DNA of 64,000 bases from Bugula neritina (Eukaryota; Animalia; Bryozoa): contig OZ037770.1 of NCBI GenBank assembly GCA_964035545.1, forward strand, positions 10,112,973 through 10,176,972, read 5' to 3'. Position numbers and translations under genes: made by a program. The stretch's first letter is position 1; every line of letters begins with the position of its first letter. Shown one piece after another: positions 26,401-39,600 of the stretch. The notes below the pieces were generated by a model. The model saw only the letters and a program-made list of their open reading frames with translations, did no database searches and was not told where the DNA came from.

Positions 26401-27755
26401 ATAATAGGTATATGGTAAGTGTATAGTAGGTATATAGTAGGCATATAGTAGGTGTATTATAGTAAGTGTATTGTAGGTGTGTTATTAAGTGTATAGTAGG
26501 TATATAGTAGGCATATAGTAGGTGTTCTATAGTAGATGTATAGTAGGTGTATTATAATAGGTATATAGTAAGTGTATAGTAGGTAAATAGTAGGCATATA
26601 ATAGGTGTATTATAGTAAGTGTATAGCAGATGTGTAGTAGGTGCATTGTAGGTATATCAGGTATGTATAGATTGCTAAAGAACTGTAAATGCTCACAATA
26701 AAGTATCGTAGCAATATCTTCTCTGTCATATATTATGTTTGCAGCATTCTTAAAGCTATTTAGCACTTTATATAATATATAGGTATGACTATTTATCTAT
26801 GTCTAAAGTGTAGCCAGCGCTTATTAAATGCTCACACTTTGTATTATGTACAGGCCTTTACAGTATATTTTTATGTGCATGTATTTATCCTTTGTGTAAT
26901 AGACTTTTGGTCTGCTGTTATATTTACTCATTATGTTTATAATATAGTTGTGGCAGTTAAGCCCCACCTCCGGCTTTAATTTTGAAGTTTGATTTATTTT
27001 CTTTACACAAATAGTTAATATGAAAGTCTCAATGCATGTTGATTATTTGATAGTGAGAAATACATTAGCCTATGTTTTGTAGGAAATGCAGTCTAAAATA
27101 GATACTTTTGCTAAAAATAGTATTGAGTTTGAGAAATTATTTAAAAATCATTTGCTCTCTAGTTTTAAATAATTTTTATTACTTTATTTTTTATTATTTT
27201 GTTCACAGGTTTAATTAAAATTCTAAGTCGAAGTACATATTTTATTTTACTATACTAGTGTAATACTCTACAGTCTACCCTATATGCAATAATACTGTAT
27301 CTAATATAATATAGTATCCAACAAATTATAATAAGCCGTACCCAATAAACTATTATAAGCTGTGCTCAATATATTGCATATAATAATTTGTATAACATAA
27401 TATATTATAATCGTCAGATTGCAATGTGATACAAACAGTAAGAGTTAATATTACTGTTATAATAAACTACACTAATGTACTATAATAAAAATTACTTTAC
27501 AAATTAACAGACTTGCTATAATTTAGATATGGGAAGAGTGACCAATACAATCGGGTAGTGCTAGGAGTTGCTTCTCCTGCAAAGTTCAGAGAAGCAGTTG
27601 AAAAGGCCGACGTACCTTATGAAGGGAGAGATCTCTATACGGAACTGAAAGATAAACCAATCAAAGTTTCTGACATTACGGCCGAAGACGACGCTTGTGA
27701 GATCCTCAAAGAGATTGTGCTGTCCATAGAAAAAAAGACAACTCAAAATTTGTAA
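20411..27755 (+). CDS. THNSL2: Threonine synthase-like 2 (PLP-dependent, fold type II), 474 aa, 10 coding exons
   Basis: Exons 20411-20459, 21488-21658, 22664-22861, 23229-23381, 23854-24008, 24498-24567, 24915-25057, 25487-25612, 26154-26284, 27527-27755 (1425 nt, in phase). Motifs [27 protein letters not shown] (PLP lysine), [58 protein letters not shown]. Probable 5'UTR exon ending at 20051. Confidence 0.92.
21656..21882 (+). repeat. Degenerate ~12-bp tandem repeat (CAGGTGAGTTGA-like) starting at a THNSL2 splice donor
   Basis: Over a dozen CAGGTGAG/CAGGTGGG/CAGGTGAA units directly after the exon end at 21658. Confidence 0.9.
21907..22139. mobile_element. hAT-type MITE (233 bp)
   Basis: TIRs CAGAGGTGGGCAAC ... 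GTCGCCCACCCCTT; perfect 8-bp TSD GGCTAAAT at 21899-21906 and 22140-22147. Confidence 0.85.
23627..23779. repeat. (TG)n/(CG) compound microsatellite
   Basis: About 150 bp of alternating purine-pyrimidine. Confidence 0.97.
26300..26665. repeat. Degenerate ~11-bp minisatellite (TAGTAGGTGTA-like)
   Basis: Repeated TAGTAGGTRTA/TAGTAAGTGTA units just after the THNSL2 exon ending at 26284. Confidence 0.85.
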
Positions 27756-30009
27756 GAGTCAAGGACAAAAAGGCTCTAAACACAGTTTACTAAGCTTGAA
27801 AAGTGCTTCTAAGTCTAGTTTCTCGTAAAATTAAATGTGAACTAAGTAAACACTGGCCTAATTTGACTTTACAAGTTTGAATTTTTGTTAAGAAAATATC
27901 AAAAAAGTAATATATTTTAGTACATGCAGATTGCACCATTATCTAAAACAATATTATGAATAATATGGCTTGGGTTATGTAATTGTAATAAATTGCTTTG
28001 TTTAAATGTGCTATATACTTAATTTTAATAAACTATGCTAGCTATTAGCAGAATCCTCAATGACCTGCAAGAACTGTGTACTATATCTTCTCCTCTAAAA
28101 CCAGAGTTAATATAATGCAGTTTAATTGGACATATGGAGTTGCAATCTGCTTCATGGATATTGGTCTGCTAGTACGTCTGCGCTGTCTGTGCCGTTGTTA
28201 TATGACTTCTTATAAAAACTCTTGTAAAAATTCAACTTGAGGGTCTTTTATACGAGTAAAAACCTTCATTTCTAGTGGTGTTGTTAATGTTGTTTGAACA
28301 TATTGACGTGAGACAAAAGCAACTGCTAAGATTCAGACCCAGTATGCATTTTGTATTATGCATATATATAGGCCAATATTCTAACCACCTGACCAAAGCT
28401 GTCTTGAATATTATATAAGTTGATATGCCAACTAGTAAGTTTGTATTGTCATTTTCTTTATATTTGTTTACAAGCCATACCAGTAAATAAGTTGTGTTAT
28501 TCTGCTCATCAACATAATATAGGGTGATGCAACGGATAGAAATAAATATAAAAGAGTCAATAATTTAACAATAGTGTCATTTATTATAAAATCTATCACT
28601 AGACAAATTACATTTACATCTTCTTCTAATGCACCATAAACATAGTCATTTTACAAAATATATGGTAAAGTATTTAGTTGATCAAAAAATACAATACAGC
28701 AAGCATACAATAAGACTACATATGTTGCTGTAAATAAAATAAAAGGGAAAAATGGGATCAAAACTAAACGCTAGCATGCTGTCCTATCAACAAAAAGTGA
28801 ATTATGATATTGCTTAATGCAGAAATACATCTACAAGCACATGCTATTTTCAATTTAATAAGAGAGCTTTTTTCTTATAAAAATTACATAAACAATTTTA
28901 TTGCAACAGTGAGTAAAATTTGACTAGCCCTTTACAAAAAAATCTATCCAAAGTGAAAGCAAAAATAACGCTTCAAAAATTATATAAATGCATAAACAGA
29001 ATATATTATATATATTTTATTATCGAGAAGTGTTGTCTATATATTATAAGTGAATTTCAGCATATCTTGAAGTAAATATGACTGGCTGCTATATGAGCTA
29101 GCTGTAACAAACCCGGCCAAATTAAATAGTACAGAAATTGAAATTGAAATACATTCAAGGTTCAACTAACGCTAGAGCTGAAATTATGCTATTACGTAAT
29201 TACAGTGCATAATAAGTAAACGATGGATTTTTAATTGGAATCTGTAGCATGATTATATTTCCATAAACTCTTTTTAATTACACCTTATAGCTGATTGCAG
29301 TAGGATAATTACAAATGCACGAAGAGAAATACAAATAATATAGTTGCACAACATATGCTTGCTAATATGCATGGACATTTTTTAGAAGGGTTGCTAAAGT
29401 ATTTATTGCTTGAAGATTGCTGATCCAAAGATAAAGATAATTTGGAGATTTTAATTTCATTCTTGGAATAATATGTTTATGTTTCTAAACTTTAATGCTG
29501 AATAAAATTTATTAATAATAAATCGATCTCATTAGTAATTTTGTAAGTAAAGAATTCCAGAGCAGTACAACAGTTCTGTGAAGTTCTTTCCTCTCTGTAA
29601 GTTTAACATATTCAATCATACAGTTAGGGGGGGGGGCTGTTAGTTTTTGAAGAATTAATATGTTGAACAATAACCCTTCCAGTTGATGACAAAAATGCAG
29701 AATTAGTCCAAGGTATCTTTCTAAAGGTAAACAGTTTTTACAGCTTTAAAAGTTCTTTACAGTGTAAAGAGTCTATTTTAAAGAAACTTAGTTATATTAA
29801 GCTAAGCAATACTGTGTTTTATAATAATCATATTGAATTTTTACAATTAAAGTGCGCAGAAAAGCTAGTCTGGGTTCCTTCCATTGAATAGTCTAAGAGG
29901 AAGTAATAATAACAATGTAGGGAGCTGGTTAATTAAAGCTGTGTTTCAGTTTACTGTTAAATAAGTTTTAAATAGTGATGCCTGCATAGACTGCGTTCTA
30001 CAAACTGTA

Positions 30010-33000
30010 TCAATGGTGGTCCAAGGAAGTCAACTCAGTATCTTCACCTAGATGAGACTGGTGTGTTGACTTGAGCAGCCTGGATCTAGGATGACTATCT
30101 GGCATTGTGCCAAGGTCGTTGTCCGCTGAGTCTGCTGAATCCTTCCCACAACAAATCTGCTTTTTAAAATGAGTTTTGAACGATTTGCTCAAAAACAGCA
30201 GCGCTATAGGGTTCACCATTCCATTGGCCGCCATCAAAACAATGGCAGCTGAAAATAGAAAAAAAATTTGCAATTGAGAAGTTTTTTGTCAAAGTTGAGC
30301 TATTTTACAAAAACAATCTCGTAGACAGAAAAACTCTTAGAGCTGATTAGTAATTGCAGCAAACAATTTGCTGTTGTTTCAACTTACTGGAACTTTAAAT
30401 TTAAAACCAACTTAGAAGAAATCTGCATTTCTGCACCTAGTCTAAAATATACAGTAGAAAATTGCAACTTTCTATTAAAAAAATATTTGTTTGCATGCAG
30501 AAGATTGATAGACACGATATTGCTGCGTAACTCACTCATTTGTGCATATATAAAGCTCATATTAAACTGAAAGTTTCCATGGTATCTGTACATGATGAGC
30601 ACACTCCTGGGTAACCAACAAACAAAGAACAGCACTATTAAAGCTATCATTATGTTGGCTACTTTCCGCCTCATTCTGATCTGTTTGAGCTTCCAGGACG
30701 AATTTCCAGAAGATTCTCCAGGAAGTTGACGTGAGCTCTCTACCTACGAATCAAAAGGTAAGATCTAATTTTATTATGGTGAATTATTTGATTGGCTAAT
30801 GTGCATCATTTTGTTGATATAGACAATTTTCGTACAAAGACTATGATACAAGAGAACTAGAATCTAGATCAACATTTTAAATTAGAGTTATCTTCTCGTT
30901 GTTCAAAACTATACTTTAGCTATAAGTATGACTTCTTATGTTACTTTTTCCTATTCATTAACAATATTTGCTAAATCAATTCTGTGTCCAAAACAAAGTG
31001 TCATCGTCAAATCATTTGTATCGGCAAATCTTATATAATTTTCAAGTTATAACGGCCTATCTTTACAATGTCATCAATGTTTAATATAACAGGCTCTACA
31101 GTTATTCTTTTTGATATACATTTCAATATAACAAACTTATGTTTAGTTTGGTAATTATTAAAAAGCTCAACTATAAGAAATGGTGTCTCGACTGTCTCTT
31201 GATCATTCTAGTAGCAGTGATTTTCACTATAATATACATGCACTATGTAAATGTGAGAGAATTGCAACATATTTAAAAGCACAGGTGTATACAACTTCAA
31301 ATTCTTTTATCTTATCAAATCTTGTGAAATCCCGATAGACTATTAATACTTTTTTTATGAATCTAAAAATTTTTTTTAGGAAAAAATTTATTTCCATGGG
31401 CTAGCAATATAGGTCAACGAGAAAAGTTTTATTTGTTTATTTATAAAGTGATAAAAATAAAATGTTTTTCTTTTATCTACTTTTAAAAAAATAATTATAT
31501 TGTAAGATGACAACTCACCATCTTGTAGGCCATAACTCCATAACACACAGAGATTATAATAAAAGGCACGCAGAAATAAACTGTGAAATATACAGTAAAA
31601 TATATCTTTGAATAATTAAAGTTTGTGTCCCAATCCGCTGGAGCGGTTCGGCAGATGTCAAATGTCCCATTATTCTAAAAAATAAATTTAAAAAAATAAA
31701 ATTGAATAAAAAAAAAATAAAGCAATTAAAGACTATTATTCACAGCTTTTTAATTTTTATTTTTTTTTTCTAAATCTGCTTTGTTTTGTTATTAAACAGT
31801 CATTATATTTTTCTATATCAGAAGAAAATTAAAAATATAAAATCTTTGGAATAAAGATATGTAAAATCAATAAAGTGAATTGAAAAATTGTAAAGTATAC
31901 ATTATATTACCATGCTATTTTTTTGTAACACTGTGCAATATCATGTACATCCTTGTATCTGTATGTCTGTATGTAGATGTTAAAGATCACACAGTAAGGA
32001 AAGCATTATATTTCAGATGTACTTACTTCATCAGGGAACGTAACCAGGTTGTAACTGATCATATCTGGTAGTGCAGCTAGGATAGAGCAAATCCAAACAG
32101 CTACTATCATTACTATGATTCGGGTGGATGCCTTCTGCCACAACTTTAGTGTCTGAGTAATCACTAGAACTCGGTCTATGCTCAAAGCTGTCATTGTGAA
32201 TATACTCATTCCTTAAAACAGAAGATTAGTATGGGAGGGTGGATCAATTTATCATTTTCACTGCTTCATAAAGCAGCAAATGATAATATGCTACTGTTTG
32301 CACTACATCTTACATACTCCCTTTATAGCTGACTAAGCTACAAGTCTTGAAACCTTAATTCATGACATGTAGAATACAGATTTAACTCATGGATCAGTTA
32401 AATTCAGCCATTTTGTTTCTATACACACATACATAAGTCACAAAACGGGGTCAAAGCCCTTCTTGTGACCTATAGAATTTCGTGACAAATAGATACGTGG
32501 AGGGAACATTATAAAATTGTTGTAACAGCCTACATGATTTTTTTCTGTTGCTAAAGTCACATGACCTTATCTACTGCTAAAGTCACATGACTCTTCTTTA
32601 AGCTCATACAGATGTATTGTAATTACTTGTGAGGCAGATCAATTGATAATAAACAAGATATGTTGCAGATAATAACTACTAGTAATAAAATCAGAATTAG
32701 AAACAAATGATATTGAATGTGCCTAGTCTTTACTCCAGATAAAAAGCTGTAGTTATAAAGCAAAGCCAAGGTAATGCTATTTTGCAAAACAAATGCAACT
32801 TCCCAATTATCATGGAAAATACAATGAGTGCTTATAGATTGTGAAACATGACACGCTGAGGCATCTATCACAACAAAGTTAAAGCTAAGGAGTGTAGCAA
32901 ACAGAATCAATAAAAAGCTTGAATTATATAATAATGTTACTATAGACCCCCCTTATATACTGCTGTTATAACATATAGTGATGACTTTAGGGAGCAACGT

Positions 33001-35575
33001 TGGCCTCTAGAGTATAGAGCTCAGGCCTAGTAAGACACAGGTCATGGGTTCAAAACCAGGTCATTGGTGATGTCAGGAAGAGCATTCAATCATAATTGCT
33101 CTTGTTCAGAGTAAAATACTTTCAAACCGGTAACTAGCATAGTAAGAGGCATAGTCCTTTACCCCCCCCCCCCCCCCCCCTTAGCAAACCTTTGTAGTAT
33201 TAGTGAAGTGGGTATTTTAACACTAGCTGAGATATATACTGATACATACCTAGAGTCAGAGTGATTAGAAAATGAGCAATTTTGCAGAATGCTGCCCCAT
33301 AAGGCCAGCCTTCAATTGTGTACATCAGACCTCCAACTGGGAAGGACACCAGGTTTAGAATAATGTCCCCTATTGCTATGTTGACTGCAAAACACAAACA
33401 ATAAATGCAAACAGAAAGATGTTAAACAATTATTTGAAGTCACGTTTATAATAGTTAGCTCAATTGAATAACAGCATAACTGTTACAATATATGGTGAAA
33501 CAGCAATAGGCTAGGGGTTAGAGCACTGGCTTAGTAAACTCGAAAAAGAGTATATCACAATTGGTCAATTGGTGCGTATTGCAAAATTTTTCTCAGTTTG
33601 ACTGTTTTTTGGCAAAAGAAAAGCTTTTTTTGTAAAAATCATGCCATTCATAAAACTGCTAAAAATATTTGTCTAAACATTTTTATTAACTTACCAATAA
33701 ATAAGTTTGGTGCACTTCTCATAGCCTTGTAACGGATGACTGCACCAACTACTAAACAGTTACCTACCAGTCCTATTAGGTCTATGATGCTAATCACTAT
33801 GGGAATCACAATAGCCGCTGCAAATAAAAAATGAGCAAACTTATTATCGAAAAATATAATTATCAAGTAGAATAACGTAAAACACAAATAAACAATTAGA
33901 GCATATATAAAAGTAATTATATAGACCTAAAGTTTTTTGCATTATCACATCTTCTACATGCAACACATTAAAATAAAATTGAAAGACAGAAGCTAGTACT
34001 AAAATAATATGTTCTTATCACTAATACATGGCATTGCTTGCAGTAATAAAATATTTTAGCAAAACTGTAAAGAAATTTGCACTATAAATTTTGAAGCTCC
34101 TGAAAAGCAATCAATATGATTATGAGAAACTAAGGCTATCACTGAGTATTACGTGGGCGTCGTGTTGGTTGCACAACCTGTTTCAACTCAGGGTGTAGAG
34201 TTTCAACAGTTTTGTAACATATAATATATCTTAGCTAATAAGTAATAATTATGGTACTTAGTCCTTCATGCTTAAAATAATATCTTGTCTATTATTAGCT
34301 ACTACATTTTGCTTTCATGGAAAGGAAATAAATATATAAACAATGATAGTTATAATATTGTAAAGGCAAGGTGTTATATTTCATGACTTTGCTGATATCT
34401 TATATATGGTAATTAAAAAACATATGAAGCAACTATGCTCATCATTTTTATCTCTCTACTTTATTACCTCTTGAGCGTTGTTCACGTCTAAAGTAGAATA
34501 ACATTCTCTCTTTCACGTTGTATGTTTTGTATCATTTGTTACATAATATAATATAATTCCCACAAGCAAGCATGCAATCAATGATTTACAAGACTTCGTG
34601 ACTTAGAAAACTGTTTAATTGACTAGAGCATTGCTTGCATCAATATATTAGCTGCCAATATAAAAGGGTGTTTGTTCAGGTATGCAAAAGAAAAATACTA
34701 GAGTACACGTATAAAGTAATTAGATGCCGGCCAACATTGGAGAGATTACAAAATGTTTTAACAATTAGTATCATTTATATTAATTGGCCTTGATATGTGA
34801 AACATTTGTAACACCTAAACTGGTACACTTACACTAGTAATTAGTAAATTAGTTGAGGTGTTAATCAGCTTAGTGATACACAGATTTTTAAAGCATGATA
34901 ATCAGTGTGTATAACTCAATAGATAAGGCATTAGTGTAGGATTCGAGTAATTTTTAAACTTTTAAGTCAGCTAAGAATATCATGCAACAAAAGTTAGCAA
35001 TATTTAGCATTAATTTATATTTATATTAACTTTATAATACCGCAGACTATAAAGCCAACTGAAAACTTTATCAGCACTAGTACAGAATTTATTACAAACC
35101 AAAACTTTTTGATCATATACAACCCACAAACTGCCTGTAGATGTTGGCTAATATAATATATATGAATGTTTTATTGCTGTATAAGTGAAGTGTGTCAGGT
35201 TAAAATAAGATGAGAACATTCAAGTTGAACTAATAATATTCAAAAGGGAAATATTTTCTGTCTGTATCTAAAGAGTGCATATGAAGACAACAATAAGCCT
35301 AAAGGGAGCAGCCTGGTCTAGGAGTTAGAGTGTCTACCTAGTAAACACGAAGTCATGGGTTCAAACCCCAGCAAAGACCATTTGTGATGTTAGGAAGAGT
35401 ATTCAGTCAAATTGCTCCTGTGCCACATATGAATAAGTCCTTAGCCAGCTAAAAACTCTTTCCATCAGGGTTTGTCACAGGGATAGTGAATATTACCTTG
35501 TATTAGTTTTATACGTGTCATACCTTCAGAGGGGAGACCCGTGGACACAGCCGTGGTGCTGTTAGAGTCTTCCAT
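30010..35575 (-). CDS. Class A neuropeptide GPCR, CCHamide/bombesin(GRP)/endothelin receptor-like, paralog 1 (~365-380 aa)
   Basis: Exons 35575-35524, (possible microexons 34487-34468 and 34177-34153), 33817-33695, 33384-33250, 32211-32027, 31674-31519, 30743-30536, 30248-30010. Seven TM segments with GLVGN, PNLFI.NIAIGD, WPYG..FC, ALSIDRV, LPGE...KQIRMRRKVA, FFVCWLP, VNPIAL..LSKSF. Confidence 0.9.
32315..32510. mobile_element. Degenerate copy of the Tc1/mariner-type MITE seen at 63203-63440
   Basis: Collinear similarity: ACTAAGCTA, AAACCTTAATTCA, GCCATTTTG, AGCCCTTCTTGTGACCTATAGAATTTCGTGA, GAGGGA. Confidence 0.65.
32990..33110 (+). mobile_element. SINE copy (tRNA head plus central domain)
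   Basis: GGGAGCAACGTTGGCCTCTAG...GGGTTCAAAACC...TGGTGATGTCAGGAAGAGCATTCAATCATAATTGCTC. Confidence 0.8.
35304..35490 (+). mobile_element. Near full-length SINE copy
   Basis: GGGAGCAGCCTGGTCTAGGAGTTAGAG...GGGTTCAAACCC...TCACAGGGATAGTGA. Confidence 0.85.
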
Positions 35576-36528
35576 TGTGCTAGACGTACTATGATTGGAT
35601 TAAGTTCTGAGAGTGTGGAGGACTGCCACTGAGTTTAGTCAGTCTAAGATCAACAACTAAAAGTTTAAAAGTACATATATTAAGCTTGATATAGTGAAAA
35701 GGTATAAGAAAGCTTGAATTGACTTTATCTATCTGAACAAGAATTATAAGTGTATCTTAAACGGCTGAATCCATAAATAATGGACTGTTTAGATTATTAC
35801 GAAGAATAAGCCGTAAGTTCACAAAAACCCACATCCATAAAGTTCTCCTTGCTACAAAAGCTGAGTAGCCTACGTAATGTAAGTAATTAAAGTTTAGTTA
35901 TCCATAAGATGTACCAAATGCCTTGTGCAAATGTGATCGCAACAAATCAGCAACTATTTCAGCAGAAAGCTATATAGACCTCAGCAAATAAAAATTACAA
36001 GACCGAATATAATGCACACAGCAGTATCAACAGTAGATATTTTGTAAAATTTTATTTAAAAGAACATGAATAAACACATAGGCAGCACAAATAATAAATT
36101 ATTACATGATTCAAATATGTTTCAGTATAGGTCAGAGTTAAATTCAAAAATTGTAGTTTATGACAAGTGAGTTCGACTAACAATAATTTCTACTTCAAAT
36201 TTCCGTCTTATTTATACTCACCATATCAAAGAAAATTAGCAAAAACTAACACCAGTGCATCTACAGTAAATAGTAGCAATAACTAAGTAACCTACTCTCT
36301 ATAGAAGGCATGCAAGCTGTGCTGCCTTCACGCTTACCATGTGTACTACTGTATGAGAAGATTGCTATATATACTACATAAATAGTATTATACTACTTAT
36401 ATTAAAAATGTTGGTGGTATATTATAATAATAATAGACAACCTATAATATTATTATTGTAAACATCCTAGTCATTGAGAGTGCGGGCCTTATGGTTTGTT
36501 TGGTAATAAAAATATGGAAACCACTAGT

Positions 36529-36653
36529 GGCAGCACCGATTTGGGGGTGAATGAGGACATAGTTTGTATAGACTTTGTTTTCCAAACTCCAAACCCTCAA
36601 CTCCAAACTTGAGACCACCTATTGTACTTGGTGGCCACCAACTCGGTGCTGCT
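36529..36653. mobile_element. Small MITE-like element; related copy at 61638-61732
   Basis: Inverted termini GCAGCACCGATTTGGG ... CCCAACTCGGTGCTGC. Confidence 0.6.
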
Positions 36654-39600
36654 TCAAGCAGCTAGTTTCTTAAAAATACTGTAAAATGCTGTTTAAATGT
36701 TTACAGATATTATACCTTAATGGCATATAATACACTGTGCTTCCATGGAATCAAATCGTGCTGTTGCTCTATCCACTTTATATGCAGTATGTTAGACTTT
36801 ATATTCACAAATCTTTTAGCTGTTCCACTTTAAAAATTTTTTTCGAAGTTCTTTTCATTAAGCAAATTACCTCTAGAGATTTTATAAAAACTAAACAAAT
36901 TACTATCCCGATAGGCTTATAATATAAGCAGCTAGACTTGAAGTAACAAAAGAGATAGCACTTACAATTGGAGATGCACTCTTGCATCCATTTCATGAAC
37001 TCTAGACACTTTCATTCACAAGCGATAATCACACAAGTCAAATGTTAGCACCAATAGCTTGACCTTTGCAATATTTTTTACCAATTAATATTTGCATGTG
37101 CCTAGCATGATACCCTTTCTAATATTTTAGTAAATAAACGCAGCTTTGCCATTTATAACAGCATGATTTATTGCACATATAATTACATAAAGTATGTATA
37201 CTATGTATGCACACAAATATAATTGTCAATATATATAGCTGATATGATCATAGTTATAAGTAACGGCAATACTAAATGAATTAAATTCTGATATACACAA
37301 AAACACTAAATACAAGCGTTGATAGGGTTTAAACTTAGTTTAGAATTAGTCTTCACTAATTTGCTTACAATAATTTATTTCATATTTGCAATCTTGTTTT
37401 TAAAAATTGTTATAACCACATATTCAAAACATATAAAATGTTGTTAACATAAAACTTACTACACAGCATTAGTCTTGCATGCAATAGCATTCTGTAGTAA
37501 CACTAAAATACTCTATGCAAAAGTCGGCGCATGAATGAATATTGTTTGGAATATTTTTCATAAAATAATTGTTACATAATCTGAAGACTTACATGAAGGT
37601 GATGCCTGCCTTGCTCAATACTGAATGAGTTGGACTGAAGAAGTCTCACAGAATTGTGTTGAATGCAGTATTTACAGTATAATTGATTTTAAACCTACAC
37701 TAAAACTGCGTAACATCTTAAGAGAAACCATTTTAATTACATTATCTACAGTATAATAAGGTCTGTTTATAGTATGTTCATAATTTTCTATTAAAAAGCT
37801 ACTGCAGTATAGGAAACGAAGTGAATGGGTTTTCTACGTAACAAAAGCACCTGTTATTACGTTATGATTATACTTCCCCTACACTTCTCTTGTATCAGTC
37901 TATTCTTCTCTTCAGTTAATTATAAGCTAATTAAATGTTCATATATATTGCTATTTATGGAGATATCTTTAAAACTCTAGTTATTATGTCACTACATTCT
38001 AAACATAATTTCAGATGCATATTACGAATTTTTATTTTTAAAATAAGACATGGATAATGAAACTGTTGAAAAAAAGTTGAAAGACTGAACGATAATTTAA
38101 ATGAAAATAAATTTTTAGAGTTTACATCACACCTGTTAGATTTGATCACTTTTAAAATTCAATTAAATTTATTCTTGTTAAGGCTAGAATTATATAAAAT
38201 ATGTTTTAGTATAAGCTACTGTATCTATTTTTACAAGGTACAATGCATATATGTTGAAACAAGTTGCAGTTTGATTAATCACACAAGCTGCTATGTACAG
38301 GCTTCTCAATTGATTTACACTCATATTCAAATAGATCTAATACCTACTATAAACTCATGTTATATTACATTATATACTAATGGAGCTTTGTTATAAGATC
38401 ACTATTTTGACAATGAAAATTTTAAAAGTGAAAACTGAAATCATAGGTGAAAATGGCTGCTTGTAAAAATAAAGTGTGAATTTTCATGTCTTACTTTTTC
38501 CTTTTGTTAGAAATATATTAAGGAAATATTTTGCAGCAAAAAAGTGCTATAGTTTCTTTAAAAAGCTACATGATGCTTAGTTCTGTTTGAACCAAATATC
38601 CTGACACAGAAGTTTTATAAATTAAACAAAAACCGAAAAGGTTTCTTGTTGCACCAATAAGTAACTTACAGCTTATTATAGATATACATAGCTGTAACAA
38701 GAAAAATAATTGAAATTTGATGTTAACGAGGTTAATAATTAAAACTTTAGGGAAGTTATAAAGAATTTATATACAGTTAACAAATATTTCTTAAAATTGA
38801 CAAATGATTTTATGAAAGTTTATCACAATAACAATTACTATTATTATAAGAATTATGTATTCATATAGATTATAGACAGTGGATAATTAGAGCAAATAAA
38901 CTAATGGGGACACAGTATAAGAACATTGCTATTAAACTTGTCTCAAATAGTGGAGGCTTTGCCAAACCTCAAAACTCAGAAAACCTTTAAACTTTATCAC
39001 CTGGTAGCATACAGAATACTGGTACAGGAAATGTTAAATTGATTGATGTAAGCCAGAATTTTGACAAGAAGATGGAAGGTTTTTTAGCTCTTCTCTCTGA
39101 TTGATTTGACTCAACATACAAGCAATAAACTGTTGGTCTAAACAAGGACCAGAAGAAAATATAAATATTATTAAAAATGTAAAAGTTGGTTCAAGGTTTC
39201 TCACAAACGAAAGTAGCTGATGAAAAACGCAATATATAGATAAAAACCCTGAAACAGAACAACATATTGAAAGCGCAGCGCCCAGCTCAAAATTGGTCAC
39301 AGAAAAACATGGCAGCTGATGGAGGATCCCTCAAACCTATCCAACATTAATTGCACTAAACCTTCACACTAAATATTGTGCCAAAAACACCGTACAGGAA
39401 GTTAACTAAACTTAACTCACCAATGGGCAGGAAGGACTTCAAGAAAGTATACTCCACTTGCAGCGGTTACTGACTAGTGTAATTTACACCTCTCTTACTA
39501 TAGCATTCATACACGTAGGCATTGATCTAGTAGCGAGCCATTCATAACACAATAATTATTATATTTTTGTGCTATATATTTCTTATTAACTCATTATATC

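Noticed and set aside
33162-33180. Poly-C/G tracts (also ~6079, ~29626, ~39856) as functional G-quadruplexes
   Set aside because: Simple homopolymers, two of them next to SINE remnants; no evidence of function and lengths may be unreliable.
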